A DNA stretch of 64,000 nt from Candidatus Woesearchaeota archaeon (lineage in GTDB: Archaea > Nanobdellota > Nanobdellia > Pacearchaeales > GW2011-AR1): the NCBI GenBank assembly GCA_964576755.1, contig CAZNUV010000001.1:40883-104882 (forward strand), in the 5' to 3' direction. The stretch's first letter is position 1. The number at the start of each line of letters is the position of its first letter. The position numbers and the translations under genes were made by a program. Below, in pieces: positions 57,665 to 64,000 of this stretch. Below the pieces are notes generated by a model that saw only the letters and a program-made list of their open reading frames with translations, searched no databases and had not been told where the DNA came from.

Positions 57665-59209
57665 CTAAACATGATATCTTATCTTATCATACCAAACTTT
57701 AAATGAAACTGGTAAACTTCTATAGATTGGTTTAATAATTTTTTCTCTAACTAAATCAAAAATAGATAAAAGTCTTGTCGCAAAAATTGCAAGAGTTGGA
57801 TTTTTCAGGTTTCTTTTAACTCTCTCTGGTTTTAGAAGAAAATTAATCATCCAGTTAGGCATTAAACCAAATCTTTTATTTGTTACAGGTCCTCTCATTA
57901 GGTTTAAAATTAAAACTAAATAAATATTTTTTCTTTTCAGTAATATGTGTTTTCCTCTATCCCAATAATTCAGTTGAGCAGCAGTATCTTTTTCAGATTT
58001 TATTAATCCATCTTTTAAAGCACGGTCATAAAGCTTAGTTCCGGGGAAAAATACAAGATTATTTACAGACAGATAATAAGGTTTAGAAATCTTTTGAAGA
58101 AGTCTTATCATAGCAATTATATCTTGAGGTTTTTCATAAGGATTACAAGTTATAACATCATACATTACTGCTAATCTGTCTTTATAATTGCTAAGGATTT
58201 TACTTGCATTTAAAACATTCATATCTGTTTGATTCCTATGATATATTTCATGATTTGTTCTTTCTGCTCCTTGAATTCCAACGATTAAATCAGTACATCC
58301 TGCATTTACTAAAAGATCTATTTTTTCTTGAGAAATTGTTTTTGGGTCTCCCAAACATTTAAACCTAAGTTTTACTTTTTCTTTATATAACTCACAGAAT
58401 TCTTTTATTTGACTTAATGGTCTTAAAGAAAATGTGTCATCCCTAATATCAAAATAGCTTAAACTAGGAAATTTCTTTTTCATTTCTAAAATTCCTTTAA
58501 TAATATATTCTGGAGAATGCCATCTTAAAATTTGTTTACATTTACCTTTATAGAGCTCATTAAAAAAACTATTACTACAATAATCACAACCATAAGGACA
58601 ACCACGACCAGTTAAAAAGAATATTCCTCCTGCAAGATCCTTTTCTTGGAATTTTCTTAAATTTCCATTATCCAAGATATAATTTGTTTTAGTATCATAA
58701 TCTGGCAAAGGTAATAAATCTAGATTATCAATTGTTGGTCTAACTGGATTTTTTATAACCTCTCCGGATTTTTTATCTCTTATCCAAAGATTTTTTATCT
58801 TGTTTATTGGTTTATTTTTTTCTAAGGCATTAACTAGTTCTAAAATAGTTTCTTCTCCCTCTCCAACACAAACTAAATCTGTCTGTTTTATACAATCTTC
58901 AGGAGAAATTGTTGCGTGAACTCCTCCATAGACAATTGGAATTTCTGGAATTTTTGATTTAAGAAAAGCTATAATCCTATTTGCCCTTTTTGAAGTAGAA
59001 GCATAAGAACTTATTCCGATTACATCACTTTTATAACATATTTTTAAAAGTTTAGATAACTCTGAGATAGTATAATTTCTAGAATAATCTTCTGAAAGAG
59101 TCATAAAGACTAATTTAACATTATGGCCTGGTTTTTTTAAAACTGCAGAAATTGTTCTTATTCCTTGGTCTGAAGGAAAACATGCAGTAGAAATTAAGGT
59201 AATTTTCAT
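57665..59209 (-). CDS. cobalamin-binding domain radical SAM protein (class B-like), paralog 4
   Basis: TGRGCPYGCDYCSN (CX3CX2C). N-terminal B12-binding-like domain. Confidence 0.8.
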   Translation of the reverse strand: MKITLISTACFPSDQGIRTISAVLKKPGHNVKLVFMTLSEDYSRNYTISELSKLLKICYKSDVIGISSYASTSKRANRIIAFLKSKIPEIPIVYGGVHATISPEDCIKQTDLVCVGEGEETILELVNALEKNKPINKIKNLWIRDKKSGEVIKNPVRPTIDNLDLLPLPDYDTKTNYILDNGNLRKFQEKDLAGGIFFLTGRGCPYGCDYCSNSFFNELYKGKCKQILRWHSPEYIIKGILEMKKKFPSLSYFDIRDDTFSLRPLSQIKEFCELYKEKVKLRFKCLGDPKTISQEKIDLLVNAGCTDLIVGIQGAERTNHEIYHRNQTDMNVLNASKILSNYKDRLAVMYDVITCNPYEKPQDIIAMIRLLQKISKPYYLSVNNLVFFPGTKLYDRALKDGLIKSEKDTAAQLNYWDRGKHILLKRKNIYLVLILNLMRGPVTNKRFGLMPNWMINFLLKPERVKRNLKNPTLAIFATRLLSIFDLVREKIIKPIYRSLPVSFKVWYDKIRYHV

Positions 59210-60360
59210 TTTTTTGTAGATTTTATTAATTTTTTATATTCTTCTAAATATCGTTTAGAAATATTATTCCATTTGAATTTTTTAGCTCTTTCAAGATTGG
59301 ACTTAGATATTTTTTTAGCGAGTTTAGGATTATCAATAATTTTTATTATGTTCTCTTCCATTTTTTTTATATCTCCATATTCAGAAAAAAGCCCGTTTTC
59401 AGGTTCTTTTATTTCATAAGGGATACCATTAACTGGGCATGCAACTATTGGAAGCCCAGATGCCATTGCTTCAAATAATGTTAAAGGTAAACCTTCTCTA
59501 TAACTTGGAAGGGCATAAATATCAGCAGATTGATACATTTCAGCTATTTTATCTTTACCTTTCATATAGCCTAGGTATTGCATATTTTTATATGGCTTAA
59601 TTAATTTTTTGACTTCTTCTGCTTTTCCTTCATCTGGACCAACCCAGATAAATGCAATATCTTTTCTTTTCTTTGTAATATTTATAGCTACTTGAGCTAA
59701 TTTTTCTGGTCCTTTTGTAGGGTTTAACCTTCCAAAGAATAAAACTAGATATTTTTCTTTTATGTTATATTTTTTTCTGAAATTGTTGTTTTTTATTTTT
59801 TCAAACAATATTTCATCAACCCCATTAGGAATAACCTGGATTTTTTTATTATTAACAAATTTTTTTAAAATAGGTAATTCCCAGGGAGTTATGGCAATTA
59901 CTCTATCAATAAGTCTAAATGCAAATTTGTTCAGAAAAATATCATTTAAAAATAAAAACAAATGTAAACTTTTTGGTCTGAATTCTTTTCCTGTCCAAGG
60001 ACAATGAGTAGTATGAATATATTCGATATTCTTAAATTTGGCTAAAAGTCCTGCAAAGAGAATATAATCATGTCCAGAAACATGGCTATGAATTACATCA
60101 AAATCCCCTTTAAATCTCCATAAGAGAGATGGCCAGAAAAATGTATTAAAAGAAAATCTAAACCAGTAGGGCAGCCTATGAACATGAACGCCTTCAATAG
60201 TTTCTTCTTTAAGTTTAATACGGGAATTTTTATCAGAATCACAGCAAAAAACATGTACCTCATGACCTTGTTTAACTTGCCTTGTTGCCAATTCATAGAT
60301 CATTTGTTCAACCCCACCGATTGTTGGAAGATAAAACATGCTAATATGGGCTATTTTCAT
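59206..60360 (-). CDS. family 4 glycosyltransferase (GT-B, retaining)
   Basis: EGLPLTLFEAMASGLPIV (E-x7-E motif). Confidence 0.85.
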   Translation of the reverse strand: MKIAHISMFYLPTIGGVEQMIYELATRQVKQGHEVHVFCCDSDKNSRIKLKEETIEGVHVHRLPYWFRFSFNTFFWPSLLWRFKGDFDVIHSHVSGHDYILFAGLLAKFKNIEYIHTTHCPWTGKEFRPKSLHLFLFLNDIFLNKFAFRLIDRVIAITPWELPILKKFVNNKKIQVIPNGVDEILFEKIKNNNFRKKYNIKEKYLVLFFGRLNPTKGPEKLAQVAINITKKRKDIAFIWVGPDEGKAEEVKKLIKPYKNMQYLGYMKGKDKIAEMYQSADIYALPSYREGLPLTLFEAMASGLPIVACPVNGIPYEIKEPENGLFSEYGDIKKMEENIIKIIDNPKLAKKISKSNLERAKKFKWNNISKRYLEEYKKLIKSTKK

Positions 60361-60434
60361 AATTTTTAACTAAAAAGAGAGCATATAAATATTGTGGTAA
60401 CAAAATTTATATAGCTAGATTTTTTTCAACAAAG

Positions 60435-61475
60435 ATGAATATTAAGAATTTTTTACAGGAAATAAGGTATTATATTAAATTAGAAGGAGTAAAAAGACCA
60501 TTTTTAAAATTTTTATGGTATCAATCTATTTTTTCAAAATTAGTTAATACTCCTCCTTACAATAAAATCTATGCAAAAAGAATAAAAAAACAAGCAAAAA
60601 GAATAAAACCCGGGATTCTACAGATTGAAACAACAAATGCATGTAATGCTAGATGTTTAATGTGTCCACACAGATTTATGAAACGACCAGTGAAGACTAT
60701 GAGTTTAAATGATTTTCAAAAGGTTTTAGATAATGTTATGAAAAACTATCCAAGTATTAAGAGAGTTACACTAAGTGGATTTGGAGAACCTTTACTAGAC
60801 CCTGGTTTATTCAAAAAAATTGATTATATAAACAAAAAATATCCTAAACTAAAAATAGACCTGTTCACAAATGCAGGATTATTAAATAAAGAACGTGCAG
60901 ATAAATTACTACAAAAAAAACTCGGGAGAGTTACTTTTTCTATAAATGGGGCTGAAAAAGAAGATTATGAAAAAATTATGGGATTAGATTATAATATTGT
61001 AACTAAGAATGTTTCTTATTTTTTGAAACAAAAAAAATTATTAAAAAAAGAATTTTTAGTTAACATTTCTATGATGGTTTTAAAAGAAAATGAGAAAAAA
61101 GCTCAAACATTCATTGAAATGTGGAAACCTCTTACAGACTCTGTTAGGGTTTATTATCCTCAGGATTGGGTAGGGGAATTAAAAGAAAATCTTGGAGAAC
61201 AAAAAATACCTTATGAAAGAAAACAATGGCCTTGTTCTGCTCCTTGGACACATATTGTGATTCATTCTAATGGAGAATTTTTAGCTTGTTGTAGAGATTT
61301 TAATTCTCAATGGGCATTTGGAAACCTGATTAAAGGAGATGATATAAAAAAATTAAGAGAGGGAAAGAAATTCCAAGAATTTTTAAAACAACAGTTGAAA
61401 TCTGATTTTTCTTTTCCTTTATGTAAAAATTGTGATCATGCTTATGATTCTAGTGTAGAGTGGTGGCTTTGGTAA
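60435..61475 (+). CDS. radical SAM protein with C-terminal SPASM/twitch-like Cys-rich domain
   Basis: ETTNACNARCLMCPH (CX3CX2C). C-terminal CSAPW...CCRD...CKNC auxiliary-cluster motifs. Confidence 0.8.
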   Translation: MNIKNFLQEIRYYIKLEGVKRPFLKFLWYQSIFSKLVNTPPYNKIYAKRIKKQAKRIKPGILQIETTNACNARCLMCPHRFMKRPVKTMSLNDFQKVLDNVMKNYPSIKRVTLSGFGEPLLDPGLFKKIDYINKKYPKLKIDLFTNAGLLNKERADKLLQKKLGRVTFSINGAEKEDYEKIMGLDYNIVTKNVSYFLKQKKLLKKEFLVNISMMVLKENEKKAQTFIEMWKPLTDSVRVYYPQDWVGELKENLGEQKIPYERKQWPCSAPWTHIVIHSNGEFLACCRDFNSQWAFGNLIKGDDIKKLREGKKFQEFLKQQLKSDFSFPLCKNCDHAYDSSVEWWLW

Positions 61476-62343
61476 GACCATCTTTTGTTCCTTTAATAAA
61501 TGGAGTGATAAGAGAAAAATTCCCTTTTAATAAAAAGTTAGATAACATGAATGGAATATAAAATCCAAAAAGAAAGGTAAAAAAGATAGTTTTTTGGAAA
61601 AAAGAAGAGTTTCTTTTAATAAATAGAACTTTACTTCTCATATAATGGTACATCTTAAAGGGGTTTATTGCCTTTTTATTACAATCATGCCAGGCTTTTG
61701 CTTTAGGTGCATAAATAATCTTATATCCTTTTTTCCGAATCCTATAACACCAATCGGCATCTTCATAAAATAAAAAAAAGTCTTCACTAACTGGACCTAC
61801 TTCTAAAACTATCTTTTTGGTAGTTAATAAAACAGAACCAGGAACTGCATCTACAGAGACTGATTTTTCAAATTGCCCATTATCTATTTTATCAATTCTA
61901 TTTCTGTCTGCCTTACCTGTTTTTAAACTAATTGAAAATCCAATATTATCAATTCTTCTTTTATCACTGTAATAGTATAATTTTGGAAAAACAATTCCAG
62001 AGTGAGAATTAGAAGTAAAAACATTAACTAATTCTTTTAATATATTTTTTTCTAAGATAACATCACTATCTAATCTTAGGACAAATGGCCCTTTTGCACT
62101 TTCAAATCCCTGATTTATAGCCTTAACACACCCTAGATTTTCTTGATTTTCTATAATCTTAACTTTTTTAAATTTCTTTTTTATATCTTCCTTACTTCCA
62201 TCAGTACTGTAATTATCAATAACAATCACATCATAAGAAGGATAATTTAATTTAGATATTGAATCAAGACATCTAATAACTTTTTCACCATCATTCCAAT
62301 TAGGTAAGATTATTGTAACATGTGGAAGTTCCTTGTTTCCCAT
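61450..62343 (-). CDS. family 2 glycosyltransferase
   Basis: VTIILPNWNDGE...VIVIDNYSTDGS...RLDSDVIL. Confidence 0.85.
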   Translation of the reverse strand: MGNKELPHVTIILPNWNDGEKVIRCLDSISKLNYPSYDVIVIDNYSTDGSKEDIKKKFKKVKIIENQENLGCVKAINQGFESAKGPFVLRLDSDVILEKNILKELVNVFTSNSHSGIVFPKLYYYSDKRRIDNIGFSISLKTGKADRNRIDKIDNGQFEKSVSVDAVPGSVLLTTKKIVLEVGPVSEDFFLFYEDADWCYRIRKKGYKIIYAPKAKAWHDCNKKAINPFKMYHYMRSKVLFIKRNSSFFQKTIFFTFLFGFYIPFMLSNFLLKGNFSLITPFIKGTKDGLTKATTLH

Positions 62344-62452
62344 GTCTTTAGGAACCCCTTAAAGCTTATAAAGATTTCTAGGGAGGATTAATTAATGTAA
62401 TTATAAAGTTACAACCCAAAAGGTTTAAATACCGGATATTATATCGAAAGAT

Positions 62453-63148
62453 ATGAGAAAAGATATTGCAATCGCCACAATAACTTCAGATAAATGTGGA
62501 AATATAGATGTAATCAAACAAGGTTTGGAAACATTAAACAAGAAATTTGATGTTTATGTGGCTGATAGAAATTCTTCTGAAGAATTTTTAGAAGATATAA
62601 GGAATATGGGATGTAAAAGAATTATTGGACCAAATAAAACCCTTCCTGATCAACATAAACAAGTCCTACTTTGTGCTTCAGAAAATAAACCTTATGTTCT
62701 TTATACAGAACCTGATAAAGTTGATTGGTTCAATAATGGTTTAGAAAAATCTATTGAAGAGTTTTTTTTAAGAGAGTTGGATCATGGAGAGGTTTCAAGA
62801 ACTCCTGAACAAATGAAAACATTTCCAGTACCTCAACAGATGACAGAAGGGGTGGTTAACAATTTATTAGGACAAATTACTGGAATTCAAGGAGATTATA
62901 TCTATGGTCCTCAGATTTCTAGTTCAGAAATATTAAAAACCTTAAAAAGTTTACCAAAGGATATTAGTTATCTTGGTTGGGGAACACTTACATATATTCC
63001 TATAAAAGCAAAAGAAAAAGGACTTAGAATTGGGATGATTTATAATGCTAATGAATGCCCTATTAGTCAAAGAAATGAAGATAATGCAGATTATAGAGTA
63101 CAACAGGCTAATGGAAACATAGCAGGGATTTTACTGGGCCTAAAATAA
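62453..63148 (+). CDS. hypothetical protein
   Basis: 231-aa ORF with no recognised motif. Lies between a GT2 and glf. Confidence 0.45.
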   Translation: MRKDIAIATITSDKCGNIDVIKQGLETLNKKFDVYVADRNSSEEFLEDIRNMGCKRIIGPNKTLPDQHKQVLLCASENKPYVLYTEPDKVDWFNNGLEKSIEEFFLRELDHGEVSRTPEQMKTFPVPQQMTEGVVNNLLGQITGIQGDYIYGPQISSSEILKTLKSLPKDISYLGWGTLTYIPIKAKEKGLRIGMIYNANECPISQRNEDNADYRVQQANGNIAGILLGLK

Positions 63149-63205
63149 GACCTCTTTCTAATTAATCCCAATAATGTTTATAAAACAAGTCAAATAGATA
63201 AATTT

Positions 63206-64000
63206 ATGGATAAAAAGAAATATGATTATCTAATTGTTGGTGCTGGATGGAGTGGTGCAGTTTTAGCAGAAAGGCTCTCCTCTATTGGAAAAAAAATATT
63301 AGTGATAGACAAGAGAGACCATATTGGAGGAAATTGTTTTGATGTTTTAAACGAAAAGGGGATTTTAATCCATAGATATGGCCCCCATTATTTTAGAACA
63401 AGTTCTTTTAGAATTATGGAATATTTATCTAACTTTACTTCTTGGATTTTACATAGATATAAAGTAAAAGCAAATATTAATGGAAAACTTTATACTCTTC
63501 CGATTAATAGAAACACATTGAATCAATTTTTTGGGATAAATCTAAAAACAGATGAAGAAACAAAAAAATTCCTAGAGTCTAAAAAAGAAAAAATAAAAAT
63601 TCCAAAGAATGCTGAAGAACAAGTTTTAGCTTTAGTTGGAAAAGAAATATATGAATCTTTTTTTAAAAATTATACAATAAAACAGTGGGGAATTCATCCA
63701 AAAAAACTAGACCCTTCAATAACCGCTAGAATTCCTATTAGAACAAATACTAATGATGATTATATCAATGAAATTTTCCAGGGAATGCCTAAAAAGGGAT
63801 ATAATGAAATTTTTAAAAAATTATTAAAAAATGTGGATTTAAAACTAAACACTGATTTTGAAGATATAAAAGACAAGATTGATTATAAAAATATAATTTA
63901 CACGGGTAGGATTGATGAGTTTTTTGGATTTAAATTTGGTAAGTTACCTTATAGAAGTATTAATTTTAAATTTGAGACATATCCTAAGGAATTTTATCAA
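63206..64000 (+). CDS. glf: UDP-galactopyranose mutase, partial (runs off window end)
   Basis: FAD motif YDYLIVGAGWSGAVLA. VIDKRDHIGGNCFD...GILIHRYGPHYFRT. Confidence 0.9.
   Translation, partial: MDKKKYDYLIVGAGWSGAVLAERLSSIGKKILVIDKRDHIGGNCFDVLNEKGILIHRYGPHYFRTSSFRIMEYLSNFTSWILHRYKVKANINGKLYTLPINRNTLNQFFGINLKTDEETKKFLESKKEKIKIPKNAEEQVLALVGKEIYESFFKNYTIKQWGIHPKKLDPSITARIPIRTNTNDDYINEIFQGMPKKGYNEIFKKLLKNVDLKLNTDFEDIKDKIDYKNIIYTGRIDEFFGFKFGKLPYRSINFKFETYPKEFYQ

Noticed and set aside
1-64000. Scan for CRISPR arrays, IS elements, integrases and toxin-antitoxin pairs
   Set aside because: No regularly spaced repeats, transposase or integrase motifs, or terminal inverted repeats were seen. The glycan island has no flanking tRNA or integrase, so it is not a demonstrable mobile element.

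Overview
AT-rich (~30% GC) archaeal chromosomal segment. Gene content, short charged proteins and gene-order breaks fit a DPANN-type archaeon (Woese/Pacearchaeota-like). It has three parts.
(1) 1-20.5 kb holds housekeeping genes plus a partial archaeosortase next to a large secreted acidic surface protein with a C-terminal TM anchor. Housekeeping genes include an internally deleted Dph2, SepF, prefoldin beta, RpoP, L37Ae, tRNA-Pro, L11, Spt5, SecE, FtsZ, FKBP and cyclophilin PPIases, bacterial-type Adk, aIF5A, L40e, S2P protease, Taw1, L1-L10-L12, an intron-containing tRNA-Ser, AMP phosphorylase and an AI-2E transporter.
(2) 20.7-34.3 kb is a near-complete archaeal ribosomal superoperon (L3, L4, L23, L2, S19, L22, S3, L29, SUI1, S17, L14, L24, S4e, L5, S14, S8, L6, L32e, L19e, L18, S5, L30, L15, SecY). 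A DUF106/Oxa1-like insertase follows SecY where adk would normally sit.
(3) 37.5-64 kb is a large cell-envelope glycosylation island. It contains oligosaccharyltransferase AglB (WWDYG motif), a GlcNAc-1-P transferase-like GPT, five GT2, one GT4, one GT9 heptosyltransferase-like and one ArnT-like GT-C enzyme, a flippase-like membrane protein, a NodB deacetylase, an SDR epimerase and UDP-galactopyranose mutase. Embedded in it are four paralogous cobalamin-binding radical SAM enzymes, one SPASM radical SAM, a QueC, an NDT-like protein and a 64-aa eIF5A N-domain-only paralog.
The most novel candidate system is the AglB island enriched in B12-radical SAM tailoring enzymes. Other notable items are the archaeosortase/substrate pair, the eIF5A mini-paralog, a 39-aa poly-AKKK protein and an eIF2B-family protein fused to an ER/K single alpha helix. 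Several short genes missing from the ORF track (RpoP, SecE, L29, a zinc-ribbon peptide) were recovered by hand translation. All calls rest on motif recognition by eye; no database search was possible.
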